A stretch of 62,607 nt of DNA, the filler included, from Choristocarpus tenellus KU-1152 (Eukaryota; Protista; Phaeophyceae), in NCBI GenBank assembly GCA_964200185.2. It is 13 parts of 13 records of this genome, joined end to end, with 100 filler letters (N's around TTAATTAATTAA, not from the genome) between each part and the next. Parts side by side here need not be neighbours in the genome. Positions count along the whole stretch, not along the records: positions 10,844 to 13,478 come from CAXNAD020026083.1; positions 13,579 to 19,326 come from CAXNAD020009852.1; positions 19,427 to 23,710 come from CAXNAD020015295.1; positions 23,811 to 29,782 come from CAXNAD020009283.1; 9 more parts are not named here. One strand, written 5' to 3'. Made by a program: the position numbers and the translations under genes. Of this stretch, positions 12,874-27,000 are shown in pieces (the first letter of the stretch is position 1; the number at the start of each line of letters is the position of its first letter). Below the pieces are notes generated by a model. The model had not been told where the DNA came from. It saw only the letters and a list, made by a program, of their open reading frames with translations, and searched no databases.

Positions 12874-13455
12874 AACAGCCGATCATCAAAATTGAGGATG
12901 GAGCTTTTTATTGAGGATGAGTAAGACGCGGATTGGTGTGCAGAAAGTGCACATATGTTGGGGGTTTTTTTAAATTGCGGCACTTTTGGAAGGCCCCGCT
13001 ACAAATGGGAATCCATCCCGACAAAGGTGGTAGTAGGACAGTGTGTGGGGGGCGGCAACGATTTCGTTTGATTGTCGTGTACATGTATGCCCTGCGTTGG
13101 CTTGCTTGCTTGAATTGAAAGCGCGTTTGTGATCAAACTCTCTCTTCAACACCGTTATTCTTCGGTTTCCGTCCAGTGTGCGTCCTTGAACAGCAAGCGC
13201 GGTGTCGGCAGTGAGCTGGTCCCCGTTGCCTAAGCAATCTTGTTGGATGACGATGGACGGAGCAAACTGCTCGAGCCAGCCCTTTTTATGGATAGACTTG
13301 CTGACGTGCGCAAGGCCACGCTTGCTCAGGGGCCGTACCCCGTGCACGTGATGTTGTCGAGTTTCATCTTGTACATGCCGAAGTAGTGCTGTTCGAGGAG
13401 CGAGGACATGCCCTTGGCATTGCTGTCCGACGCTCTCGATCCGTGGGCAGCTCCA
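12874..13455 (+). mobile_element. Left arm of TIR family T2 element, followed by GC-richer degenerate interior
   Basis: 12874-13092 aligns by eye with the reverse complement of 42191-42406 and with 7027-7127. It is interrupted at 13456 by a T1 end (GACCCAAACTATCTGGGG). The right boundary is uncertain. Confidence 0.65.
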
Positions 13456-13684
13456 GACCCAAACTATCTGGGGGGGTGNNNNNNNNNNNNNNNNNNNNNN
13501 NNNNNNNNNNNNNNNNNNNNNNTTAATTAATTAANNNNNNNNNNNNNNNNNNNNNNNNNNNNNNNNNNNNNNNNNNNNTTCAAATGTGATCATACCCCCC
13601 CCCCTGTTAAGTGTAACATGCGGTGTGCGAAGAAGCAACAACCAGACTAGATTTGGAGAATGCCCTACCTACACAAAACAAGGA

Positions 13685-13850
13685 GAGACAAAGTATCTTG
13701 CAGGGGGTGGCATCTGTCCATTCGGGGCCCAATAGCCCATGTTTTGTGATTTTTGGGTGATTTTGGCTTGCGCGTTGGATGCACGTGAAATAGTAGTTGA
13801 TCTGAATTTACCTTCCTTCGTATGATTTTGCTCACCTTGGGTGAAAAATC
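13685..13850 (+). mobile_element. Diverged T1-family left end
   Basis: GAGACAAAGTATCTTGCAGGGGGTGGCATCTGTCCATTCGGGG resembles the T1-A left end. No partner TIR was found. Confidence 0.55.
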
Positions 13851-15679
13851 ACTCTGTGTTTGTCTTGCGTCCGTGATTTTGTATTTTATTGAGTGAATTG
13901 CCTGTTTCATTGTCACAATTATGGGAAAATATAGTACTATCTTGTACGTTCATATAAACTTACGCTGAACTTCGATATGATTTTGTCAAGATCATGGTAA
14001 TGAGAGTCAAAAGAAACGAGAGGTACCCAAAGTTCCATTCTAAGGATGCCGGGTATACTTGTGGAAAATCTGATTTTTTTGCATATATTTTCCGAATTAT
14101 GTCAAAAGGTTTTCAAATATAGAGAAATCAACCCTCTCAACTCAAAATTAGCACTTTATCCATACAAATAGGGGTGAAGTGCAAACTAAAATAAAATCCC
14201 TTACAATGCAAAACGGCCAATAACTGGGTAGCTCTCGTTAACTTTGGCTCAGAATGGAAATGGAACAACGGAGTACCAAAAAATGAGCATGATTTTGTCG
14301 GAGCCATTGCAACATGTAATGAGTGGTTGAACTCCCTTTGGGTCAGAGTAAACAATTATTGTTGAGGCGAAAGATGTGTTATCCCTTGTATATCATGTTT
14401 TAACGTGTACACACGTGCATCCGTTCCGTTCTGTCTATGCCTACATACAAATGTCCTTAGTTTGAACCAAAACCGTGGATTTTCCCTAAGCGGTGATGAA
14501 TAGGTTAGTCCACGTTTTGACATCAGAGACATAACATTGCCAACTCCTTGTCGACCGACAGTGCTACGAACAAAAGTCAACGAAATATACTTGTATGTCG
14601 ACAGTGTGGAGGCAACAAAAAAAATCAGCAAACGGCAGTAACCAAACTAGAAAAAACATTGTCTAACTCTCAGAACTTTTAGAACATATTACTGACTACT
14701 TCAACGATGATAGTACAGGGGTTCACTACAAGTTCAACATACGCCACTATCATTTGGTCGAATCCTGGCATGGTTACATGGCTACACATCTGTCAAAGGG
14801 CAACACACTCCGCCAGGATACACAACCTCAATTAAGTAAAACTGACCTGTTAAACTTCATCACTGACTAGAGGAATAACAGCCCTCAGCTGAAACCTCAA
14901 CAAGTCTAACAGCTTGCGATCCCCGGGATTAGCTTTTGTTAGAAACAGAATATCTGCTAAACATCTATATCTGTACTAGAACTTTGAGGATTATGGCTTG
15001 TTAATAACAAAAATGGCGTTTGAATAGAATAAATTACTAACAAGTAATTTATTGGATTTTTAGGTTAAATGATGAAACAAATGAAACAAATGAAACAACA
15101 GAGTGCTATTGAGCTTGTTAGCGATAAAAAAATATTGGAGTCTTGGAAGAATTTTTCACTTCAAACTAAAATTAGAGAAACAACAAATGCTAAATTATTA
15201 GACATTATATAAATTTAGACTGATAAACCCCTATGCTATCGGGGAGACAATCTAACGTTTTAACACTTACCATAAAACTGACTAACACAAATGTACAGAC
15301 ATAGGAGGGACTTATTCCAAACAATCACAGTGCCCAAAAGAAGCATGACGTGTCGTTTTTTAGGGGTCTATAACACTAGAAAATGTTTATGAAAATCATA
15401 AACACAGAAAAATCTTTGTCAAACTTGTTAGGTCAAGCCCTCTCTCTGAACTCTAAAGCTCATATATCAATGCAAAGCCAATTCATTGCACTGTTCAAAC
15501 CCTTAGCAGGATCCCTGTTCTTTCTCAAGGTAATGCACGAATGAGGACACATCTGATGCCAAGTTTGCGCGGGGCACCAGTTTCATCCTATGCAGGAGTG
15601 GGAATTCTTTTGTGCGAGGGAAGGTCTGTGATGTAGATGTGGATGAATATGGGAGACTCATTTACTCTGTGGTTTACGA

Positions 15680-15820
15680 GGGTGAAAGTATCTGGGGGGG
15701 GGTGTCGGCGTCCGTTTTCCACCCTTTTTTCGATTTTCACTATTTTGGTGTGATTTGGTCGCATGTGTGGGATTTGTAATGCCAGCAAAAAAAGAGTTGT
15801 TTGACCGAAACGGACGCCTC
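15680..15820 (+). mobile_element. T1-C subfamily left end
   Basis: GGGT(G/C)AAAGTATCTG(n)...GTCCGTTTT is shared with 19256-19326 and 29713-29782, both of which run into contig ends. Confidence 0.7.
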
Positions 15821-18035
15821 CTCACAAACCACACACACGCACACACAGATACTCTGACCCCGAGGGAGAGGATGGCGACAACTCCGTGCTGCATGGGTTG
15901 ATGTCGTACATTACAGAGGAAGAGATTGATGAGGGGGTTGAACAGCCCCAAGGGAGAAGGAGAAGAGGAAATACGAACAACTTGCAGCTGGGCACGATAT
16001 ATCCAACGCCACATGCGGATGGATCAGCAGGTGAAGTGTAGAAAGGAAGAGAGGACACCGAAGGATACATCCTCCTAGGACCGGCACTTAGGGTTGTGCC
16101 AGAGCGGACAAGCGAGGAACCCTTCATGCCAGAGTGGACAAGAGAGGAACCCTTCATGCCAGAGCTAAGGAAAGAACACTGTACTTTCAGTGAGGCCACC
16201 AGAAGATGCGTGGCACAGTGGCCAGATACCAGCCCGAACAAACGGTGAGGATGGGAAAGTAGCGAGTCAGCTGTCCCTATGAGGTCAAATGGGAGAATGG
16301 CGCGGTGCAGGATGTCCAGCTTGTTGTAGAACGCTACAGTACAGAGGGAGGACGCTAATACACGGGCCTGGTTCTGGATGAGTCCTGGCATAATGATGAA
16401 ACAGAAGAGGGACAGTGTCAGATAGACTCCAACGCATATTTGTGCTTGTGTGCGACATTTTCCTTCGTTCATTTGTTAATTTGTCCATCGAGATCTTGTC
16501 TCCAGAAGTCGGACATTATTAGTGTGGGGGGGGGTTGCTTTTTAATGCATTATATTCGTTTTGCGATTCTTTCTAACGTTGTTTACGTACATGCGTGGTA
16601 CACATTTATCTAGTGTCCTCATTACTATCGATGTATTTTAATTGTACCCCTTAGAATATTATGTTTAGTGCTCTTTGTGATGAACTATGTAGGATTGATT
16701 AATAGAACTTCAACATTTGAATTAAATTTCCGTATGTCTTTTTCAAAATATATGACATTATTATGTCATATTGTAGCGTCGTCTTTCATGCAGCGCCTTC
16801 GACGCTTATTTAAATAACTCCCTCACCAATGTCATATTTCAGAGATGGATAGGATGTGCAAAAATAGAATTAGATAGGTTTCTATATTGATGCAAATGTT
16901 CACTACACAACATGTACATTATTTCCAACGAACAGGATCATTGAACCCTTAGTTATGAAGAAGTAGTGGTTATGGACCTTCTCCTGCCTACTTTTGAGTA
17001 ATACAATAATTGCTCCATCAGGTTTGTTCCTGGAGACAAATAATGTTCATGAATTTCGAAGCAAAATCACAACAGACCGGAAGCGCAGATGAAGGTGTGC
17101 ATGAACCACGATAACCGTGGATAAATATTGTGAAGGTGAGGAGATGGAGGCAAAGGCTCGACGTGCTAGGAAAATATTGGAAACGTCACCAAAAAAAAGA
17201 AGTAAACAAAACCATTTTGACGAGGGTAAGAGTAGAAGAAAGGGGCGATAAGCTCAATTTTAGCCATAAAAAGGTCAGAAAAAGTAATTCATACAGAAGA
17301 AGTTCGAAATAGACAAGGCTTGAAAATTATCTCTAAAAGGCGAAGGAGGTAACTCCTAACACCACACCTAAAAAAAGGGGGGTGGTGCCTGAGGCATTGC
17401 AGCTGCGTCTCATATAATTCTTATAAAAACTGGTAACAAGTTGACTAATTGAACGATGCAAGGTAGGAGGTGTTGAGGGGGTAGGTCTACCGAACGAAGG
17501 TAGGATGGGCAGACATATTTGATGTGAGTGGGAATAAATACACGATTATTCATTAATGCACTCCTGTTAACGGGCATCTTCTCAAGTTCACATCCACACA
17601 AGTTGGAACAAGCAAGGGGAGAGTTCCGCCAGCCACCTGTATGATGGGTACCTCGGACGGGAACAGGAGTACAGGACTTGTACAACGAGGGAAGTCTACA
17701 CTGGTTTAGTGGGAGTCTTCAAGAAAGATTCCATGTTCCATAAAGTATGCTTTGCACGTAAGGAAGTACTATCCGAAGATCCCTAAACCTGCCACTGCAC
17801 ACACTCGCACACGTTTTGAAGTGAAAATAGGATATGTTGCAACTGTTAACCGAGTCATCACACTTGTCAGGGGCATCAATCGATCCTCATTGGTGTGGAG
17901 CATCAGGTGGGATTGAGCTCAGAGGATATCCTAATGTTCCGTGTTATGAGCACATTGGTCTTGCTCATAGCATCGATGGTCTATTTCAAGCAACTACATA
18001 ATGCAGGTAATACACACCAACCATAGCGTGCAACA

Positions 18036-18361
18036 GACTAAAAGTATCTCGGGGGGGGGGGGGGGGGGGGGGGGCCCCACCCCGGGCCCCACCCCCCCCA
18101 AAACCACCCAACAGCAAACCAACTTCCNNNNNNNNNNAACCGAACAAACCCCACTGCTAGACAGGGGGGAAAGGGGTAGGGGGCGGGGGGGGGGGGGGGG
18201 GGGGGGGGGGTCTACACTAAGGTGTCCATTTGACCCAAAATCAGCGAAAGTGCAGTTACATTATCCATCAGACATACGCAACCCAAACCACCCCAAAATC
18301 GTGACGTGAAAAAATTGACCCGAAATGGACAGCCACCACCCCCCCTCTGATACTTTTGGCC
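18036..18361 (-). mobile_element. MITE T1-A with 3-bp TSD ACA (contains a small assembly gap)
   Basis: ACA|GACTAAAAGTATCT ... TGATACTTTTGGCC|ACA. The right part of the body is the reverse complement of 12237-12418. Confidence 0.85.
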
Positions 18362-18410
18362 ACAATTAGAAACGACCAAACGTTTCTCTATTCAAGTATC
18401 GGCCAGAAAT

Positions 18411-18552
18411 AACAGCCGATTTCAAAAAATTGAGGTTGGAGCTTTTCATTGAGGATGTACATTAAAAAAAAAAACATAACGAAACTTTATCCCAGTCNNN
18501 NNNNNNNATCCTCAATGAAAAGCTCCAACCTCAATTTTTGAAATCGGCTGTT
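18411..18552. mobile_element. TIR family T2 element with both ends, 4-bp TSD AAAT; interior lost in a gap
   Basis: AAAT|AACAGCCGATTTCAAAAAATTGAGGTTGGAGCTTTTCATTGAGGAT ... ATCCTCAATGAAAAGCTCCAACCTCAATTTTTGAAATCGGCTGTT|AAAT, a near-perfect inverted repeat of about 45 bp. Confidence 0.85.
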
Positions 18553-21500
18553 AAATGCTGAAGCGTTCTCTGGCCAACCTTTCCAGATTTAGTTTTTCTT
18601 CCATGATGTCCACCTCCATTACTCTCCTATAACCTCAATTTAATCATTCCGGAGAACATGTTGCAGGATGGTGATCCCGTTGTGCATATCGACAACCCCG
18701 CCAATCTGATGCAATTCGTTTACCATGTTGTGTATCATAAATATCATAGCAGGTTGCGGATCCATTCCCTTGCCCAAGTCAATTTTTGTGAACGTCTAGC
18801 CTTTTCTCTGTCCTCTGAATCCCACCTCGTATTATGAAATGTACTCCACTTCCGTAGATCTCTTAACTTGGTGACATGAAATTATAACACGATATCCTTG
18901 ACTTTTCCATTCATCAATGTGTAGGGTAATGACATTAACTTTTTTGTCCTCCCCACCACCTGATGCGCAATTTTCTCCTCAAAATCCTCCACAACTACCC
19001 TGAAGTTATTGTTGGTTGTTAATGGTTGTTTTCCACTCCCCTGTAGCAGTACATGCCTCAATCGATTTGAACCTTGGGTGCGTCCCTTCCTGTTCCCTGG
19101 TGAAAGGCACAAATATAGTTGGCAATGGTACCAGCTCGACATTCCTTAACCAATCCAGATGCCCCCATCTAAGGTCTTCCTGACCTTCACTTTCCTCACC
19201 TCCAGTTCTCCTTCCCCTCATTCTCGACGTCTTTTTATCAGGGGTAACAATTTCTGGGTCAAAGTATCTGGGGGGGGGGGGGTTGGTGTCCGTTTTCCAC
19301 TTTTTTGGTGTGATTTGGTCGCACGTNNNNNNNNNNNNNNNNNNNNNNNNNNNNNNNNNNNNNNNNNNNNTTAATTAATTAANNNNNNNNNNNNNNNNNN
19401 NNNNNNNNNNNNNNNNNNNNNNNNNNGGGTCAGGAAGAAAGGGTCGGGTTGCTTGCCATGTAGATTCAGAACCAACGAGGCTATGCAGATAGGGCGCTTG
19501 TCAATTTCATAAAAGCATAAATAGTCGAATTCACCCCCCCAAAATAATATAGCTCTCGAACCAAAGGTCTAAGACAAATCAATACCCCCACTGTACACAA
19601 TAGTAGCAAAGGGCAAGTGATCATGTAAAAAGAGCTTTGTATGTATGTGTATGTACACCTGCGACTTTTGTTTTGCACTCTCCGCAGATACAAAGCAAAA
19701 AAAAAGTATATATAATGATTTCGGAGTGCTATGCAATCTTTACCATCGTGCACTCCACGGAAACCGTTTGAAATGGGATGGGGGACGGGGGGGAGAAGGA
19801 GAATTTGTACAAATGTCCTACAAATATATATTCTTAGGTCTTCCGTTGCAATATTGATAGGAAGGACTTTGCTAAATTCTCCGACAGAATTTTTTTTGAG
19901 GGATACTTGATACGTAGTGTATTGCTGCTACATCGTAGACTGGTAAACGCAAACGAAACTAGCAACTCTCTCACAAAAATTACTTCTGTGTATCAAAGCT
20001 CCCCGAGTTGAAGGTTATCAGGATTACTAGAACGGTGGAGAAAATCGGCAACTTGATTTCTTCATTTTGCTATTAAATTCTTTTTTGTTCTTATTATTTT
20101 TTGCTTGTTCCAGAATAATAACTTGAGCACACATTCTCTTCAATTTTTCAGCTACCACAGGTTTTACACACCATGGATGGCGGAACCCTGGCTAGGCATG
20201 AGCACAAGAGAGGGAACAGGTGCAAGGAGTGAAGGAAGGACTAGCGCATCGTCAGCACAAGGTCACAGCTCCTTTTTTTGAGTGAAGACACCTCAAAAGC
20301 TTGACCTCACACACAACCTATTCATCGAAGTATTCAGACTAGTCTGAATACTAACACAACTGCATTTTATGCCAGTGTTGGGTTGCTTATGCAAAGTTAA
20401 GATTCTTGGTGTTGAGGAAGTGCACCCTCAATTTCATCCTCTTAAATCATTCAAACGAACATCATGCTTTCATACACCTACACTCAAAGCCGAAATCAGA
20501 AAGAAAAAAAAAAAAGTGTACTGAAATGAACATGGTGATTGAAAAGTGTATGCTGGATGGAAAATCTGGTGTAGTAAATTTTTCATGTTTTGAAGGGGAA
20601 AATCCCAAAACTCTCCACGGCTTATATTGGGTGAGGCCATTAAGTGCCCAGTACCAGACAGGATGACTTCAAGCATTTGGCAAATAATTGTCTGTACAGC
20701 TACAATTTCCAGCACTTTGTTCTGGACTTGCAATAAATTTTCATAAGAGCTACTTTGCAATCCTCTGGAAGAGCAAACACTAAATTTGATGGGGCTCACA
20801 TGGATAGAAGGGACTGTCACTTTTCCGATCGGTATTTGCAAAAACGTATTGCACTACAAATTACGGTCGAAACACGCCTTAAACTATTTCGTGCACTGTG
20901 CATACCTACCCTAGTTGATCGCACGACTGTTTCAAATAATCTGTCAGGATTCAACCTCACTTTGTTGTTGGGGAGGGGTGCGGTCTCCGGGCTTTGGACA
21001 CAGGGCGGACCAAGACAGCGAAGCCCAGCACCATCATAACGAGAAGCAAGAGCATGATTTGAGCCTCCTGCCAAGGTCCATCAACACACTGTATGGACGA
21101 AGGGATAGGGGATGGGAGGGAGTATTCAGAGGTGAAAATATGTTCGTAGTACATCAGGAGGTGCTGTGACACCTCCTGGATTACATACTTTCACTATTCT
21201 GTTTTGAAGGCATCATAACTTGCTTAATCCAAATCAACATACTCTGAACCACCATAACTTCGCTTATAACTCACGTCCGCCAGCAAAGGGGAAAAAAAAA
21301 AAATTGCAGGAAATGCAGGGGAGAGGAGGATGTGTTAGGATAAACCCCCCACCCGTGAGTTTGACTGCGGGAAGAATCTCTATGTCTTGAAAGAGAGCTA
21401 CTTGAAGGATGGCAGATGATATCGATATTGTAGAAACGCCATCAGTATGACAAGTTAACTGACCACTTCCAGATGGGCCGTCAGGTTCAACTCACGGATA

Positions 21501-23581
21501 AGGAGTGCACAACCTACCCCTGACTGACCTGGCTGCCTACGTAGACAGCAGCGTCGTCAAGTGCTGGTCCAAGCAGAATATCACCCTTGTCCACATCAGA
21601 AACTGCGTGTCCACCCTCTTCCATGGAGACTTGACACTTGACTGAGACAGTCTGGCGTGTGATAACACTCCACCAGCTCAGCTTCTGCTAACTGGTGTAA
21701 TGTTTCGAGAGTTTGCACTAACACGCGAAGCCCTTCTGTTCTAGACTAATCGTTGTTCAACTCCATAGAGATTGGAGCACAAACCTCGACTAAAACACTG
21801 ACAAGAAACACGAATACACGGGCAGAGTACTAAGGACAAAGTTCCTGTTTGAAGTCGTAGAACCTAGCACCAGCGGAAGAACTGCCAGTAGAGAGGTCCA
21901 CCTCACGAAGCAGAATCTGGAAACTACCACACTTCCGCGACCAAGCAAAGGATAGACCTCTGGTTTGAATTATGATTAACCTGGGTCCTTGTTCACAACG
22001 AAAAAAGAAAAGGTGCAATAGATGGAATATGGGGTTGAATCTTATGATCTGGACCCGTGCTACCTTCCGATGTCCCGATGTGTTTGGCACTTGACAACGC
22101 GTTCAAGGTCTTACAATCAATCTTGTTTGCCTCACGCTCACAACCATTCTGAGTATATTATAGTATTTGAATTTGCACTAGTGAACGGCGAGGAAATTGG
22201 ATATGGGTAAGGAAGACAATATACAAGGAACTCTTATCTTGTCAAACGTGACGATCTTGACCAAAAGCGTATAGCTACATCAATACAATAATGTCGTGTG
22301 GATACTAATGGTTGTTGGTGGTTCGTTCCTTAGATCTTTCTTTCTGTCAAAAAGTATCGTTTCTGTTGATACCGTTCCAATAATGTTAGAATAAAACATA
22401 ATTATATAAAATAGTAAACGAAAAAAAGGGGTTCTTGGTTCTTTCGTATCCAAGAAAACTGTTGCTTTATTTTCGATTTCAATAACATACTTCGAAGTAT
22501 TGTTTTACAAGTATTGTATGATTATGATCACATACGTTTTGTACATGTTATCTATGTAAAGATAATATATACTCATCAAACCAAGAATTGGAAATATCTG
22601 TTGTAATATCCACAAAAAAAATCTTACCCATTTGGCATTCTTATGTACGTTATTATGGGCTCTGACATTTTCCAGATGTATAAGAGGAAAAACCAAAGAA
22701 ATTATGATAAGAATCCTTGTAAAAACATTATGTCATACTTTTTTGTACATGGAATCACATTCACACGGGAGAATATCACAACCCTCTCTGATAAACTGGA
22801 CTATCGTCATACATCACTCCACACCTATTAATTCACCTCATATCAAATCCTTTCATCAACTGTTCGATCCTCTCATACAGTAAAAATAAGGGACGTTTTT
22901 CAGTCAACGTCAATTCCGTTCCTCTTGAATCAAAAACTCGGTGTGGAGATCGAGACAAATATGTGAAAGTTTATGAAGCTGAGTGTTACGGAGAAGTAAA
23001 GCAGGATACGTTCTGACAGGGAGAAAGAATGATGTAGGGAGGGTGAATGATGGCTTGAAGATTAGATGGTTCAAAGACAGATTTGGTACTCGAAAAAGTA
23101 AGCAAGGATTGGGTTTGTGAGGTGTAAAGGGTAGGTAGGAAGAGGGGGGAGGGAATAAAAGGAGAAAAGTTTTGGGAAGGACAAGGGGAGCGGAGTTAAG
23201 GCAAGGACTGGGCAATCTTTCTCACCCACCCACTCTCTCAATTGTTCACGGTTTGAGTGGGATAATGGGGATGGATGTGAAGCTTTGGCGGGGTAGGTGC
23301 CTTATAATCCAAAGGCACGGTATGCGTGTGGAAGAAGGTGGAGTGTTTTGATATATTGTGGGGTGTTCTTAGATGAATGTGAAGTGTTGAAGAGAATGTG
23401 GAGTTGTCGTGGACGGAGGTGGAGCGTTTTGGGCGGATTATTGTGGGAGCGGCTATACGGAAATTTGCCACATTGGTTTGTGGGTGAATTATGTGGGAAA
23501 TGCCCGCATTGGTTGTGTGTATATACATGGAAAGTTGCCACACTGATGTGAGAGTGGGCATGGGGAAGGTGTCCGCATTGA

Positions 23582-23710
23582 GGCTCAAAGTATCTGGGAG
23601 GGCGTGGCGGGTGTCCATTTGGGGTCAATTTTTTCATGTCGCGATTTTTAGGTGATTTGGTTGCATACGTCAGATGGATACCGTAAATGCACTTTTCCTG
23701 ATTTTGGTCC
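23582..23710 (+). mobile_element. MITE T1-A, truncated by the contig end
   Basis: Closely matches 12237-12366. Confidence 0.85.
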
Positions 23711-24044
23711 NNNNNNNNNNNNNNNNNNNNNNNNNNNNNNNNNNNNNNNNNNNNTTAATTAATTAANNNNNNNNNNNNNNNNNNNNNNNNNNNNNNNNNN
23801 NNNNNNNNNNCATAATGAGGAAATAATCGAGTTATTTACACACAAAAGTCTTGGGAACACCAGTTTCTTTAACAATGTCCTACTACCTGGCAGTGCTTGT
23901 CACGCGAACAAAACAATGTAAAAAAGAGGAGCAACAAGAAAAAGGTTTTGTTGACAACATCACATCACGGTATAATAGTCCTTGAAAAGTTTTAAAATCA
24001 GTTTTGCACATCTAAACTGTTTCAACCCTCAAAAGATGTGTTAC

Positions 24045-27000
24045 TTAGCACTCAGGTAGATCATCTTGCGAGCCAGGGGCAAAGCAAGACGTGTATCCAT
24101 TACCAGAGTATTTGATTGTAGCAGATGAATAGTCATTATCTGCGAACATCGTGCCCTTGGAATCCCGGAACTCGAAGAACAGATCTTTGCCAGTGAATTT
24201 GTTCCCTGCAAAAAGAATGAGCAAATCTGTAAGAGATGATCCATCTGACCTTTGCTAGCCTATCACCTCACTCATCATTTTCAACGTCAACTGCTATATT
24301 TGTTCTTGGAAAGAATAGTTCATGTGAACAAAAAATATTACAAGAAAACACGAAGTTGTTCTTACCTTCAATGATGGTGTCATCAGCTTCTCCAAGCTTA
24401 ATACCCTGGGTAGTGTCCAAAACATCATTGTTTATGAACACGTTGTGTTTTGGGCGTCCATTGCTGTCTGTGAACGGAAGATCAGATCCCTCGTAGGTGA
24501 AGAACCCATCTGGATCATTCAAAAATATTCTTGACAATGTCAGAATTATTTATGTTATGAAAGCTGTTCACTCTGCACACAAAATGATAGTTTTAGAGAG
24601 AATAATCTAAAAGGGGGGGAATCTACGTGGTACTTATAGTCTGACAAGTACGAACATCACTCACACTTAGATGCTGCCTCAAAGGTGTTGTCGTAGATCT
24701 CATTGTTTGACCCACCCACACTGATGCGAACACCATACTTCGTGTTGGTGAAGGTATTTCTATATACTCTAAGCCCAAAGGACTCCATGATGGCAATGCC
24801 AGCATCAGGCACGTTCTCTACAATGTTTCCTGCATGCCATGTGCAAACAAAAACAAAACATTAAACTTGTAAACGGTAGCAGGTGATAAAATCACATGGA
24901 AAGAATATTGTTTCAACCCACATGACATCATTGATACGAGGCAGAAGACTCACCACTGATAACAGCATCATCACTGCTGCGGTGTAGGAAGATACCAGCA
25001 GCGATTTCTCCAGTGTGGTCATGGACGTGGTTGTTGGTGATAGTGAGATCATTGCAACGCTTTGAGGCGATGATACCATGGTTCCCATTGTTGTATACCT
25101 CATTGTCGGAGATGGTGATGAAATCGCTGTCGTCGTGAGGGTCAAATCCATACTGCACATTGTCTGGTATACAGTGTAAAATGTGAGTTAGAGGGTATCA
25201 CAGGACATCAAGACAAACAGTACCATGTAACAGCTTAGTGCCTTATCTATAACTAGGGCAAGGTAAAACCCATACTTGTACATTCATCATGAGTGTGACT
25301 CACCATGAACTTTGTTGTTGGTCCAAACACCACCCTGGTGTCCAAAAGAGTAAATGCCAAAGTCTGTTCAGGGGTAAAAGAAATCATCAGTCATCTTTGC
25401 ATAATTATCACCTTGATTCGGACACATATTTATGACCTATTCAACTCTTCACATGAACACATTACAGTCGTGATCCACTTTTACTTACACATGTGGTGGA
25501 TTTCTGAGTTCATGATGTCACCATACACGTTGACACTGTCGAAAATTTCGAGGTTGCTCAGGTCCACACACAATCCTCGAACCTGAAAAGAATCATTGGT
25601 TCAAGAGCACATGAAAGGCCTTTAGTTAAACTGACATATTTGAAGCAGCAAAGACCACTCAATGAATGGTAAAATCGTCTTTAAAAACTAAATTTGACAC
25701 AAAACTTATGTGGGAGATTATGATACTAATAAATCAGATCGGTCACATATGCTTGAGTCAATCATTACATACCTTCCAGGTAAGGCCATAAGATTCAGAG
25801 CCATACCATCCCATGTAGCCCATCTCCGAGTCCAGGATGTCCTGTGTGAAGTAGGGACTTGTCAGGTTGAGTGCTGAGACTTTTTTTTCTGCATAAACCA
25901 AAGAAATACTGGAGTGCAATGCTCTGATAATCATTGCACATTTCGAACACAACTAATGAGTTGAGGGGAAGTCCACTCACCATGCGGCATTCACCCATGT
26001 CTTTCTTGGCAAAACCATCAGTGCATCCCTTGTCATACCCAGTCTTTTCACTGACGCAGCTGACGTAGGAACGTCCCATATCATAGTTTTTTTGAGGCTG
26101 TTCAACATCCGGATCCCAAGATGTTACCTAGTAAGACACAAGGCAGACAGTTGCTGTTGATTCAGGGGCGATGGTATGTCATTTGAGTAAATATCATTTG
26201 ACAACAATATTCATCATATAACCGCTTTAAGGCTTACCTGTGAAGTCTGACAAATAATAGGGGCTAGGCTATTTGATCATAGTTGGTGCTATATATATTC
26301 TCCAGCACATGAAAGCGCAACCAATGTGTGAAACTCTTACCGTAGTTCCCTCGAAGTATAAGCTTCCACCGTGTCCGCGGACATTGTAGAAGGTGCTCTC
26401 AGTAGACTCAATCCTCAATGTATCAGCGTCACCGCCTTTATCAAGGCCTATCACCTTTTCATAGAACGTAATAATGACCCAAAGCATTTAAGAGAGTAGG
26501 GTTGTGTCCGTTCAGGTTCATTAATCCAATGTTGTGATTTTGAAGAATTTTGACTATCGTGTTTGTTAGCAAGTGTCAATATCCTTGCTCTGGATAAACC
26601 GTTCATAGTTGTATACATTTGAGGTAACTGTATTTACACAGAAAACCGAAAAGGGGCATAAAATACCCGTGGGAAGTCAAGCCCCAAATGGGCAAACAGG
26701 GCAAAACTCCTACCATCTTATATGCTTTGGGTCAATATAACAGGGCACAGAAAAGAGTGAGATATCCGTATGTTTGTATTTGATTTTTACCAGTGTTAAA
26801 GTGCAAACTAGTTGTCTTACACCTCGAGAGTGATGCCATCAAGCACGTATAGGTCAGAGGTGATGTACCAACGCCCAGTGGGGGTTGTGGCCGTCGTGAT
26901 GATGTTGTCCTCTTCGTCCATTACATAAATAGGTCCAGTGGGAACACCGTTTTTGGTGGTGCGGGTTTCATAGAGCATAGAAAGGTTTGCACATCCTCCC

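Noticed and set aside
23455-23582. Three to four spaced copies of GGAAA..TGCC.CATTGGTT that superficially resemble a repeat-spacer array
   Set aside because: Copies are degenerate and variable in length, the context is eukaryotic, and no cas genes are present; most likely a decayed minisatellite.
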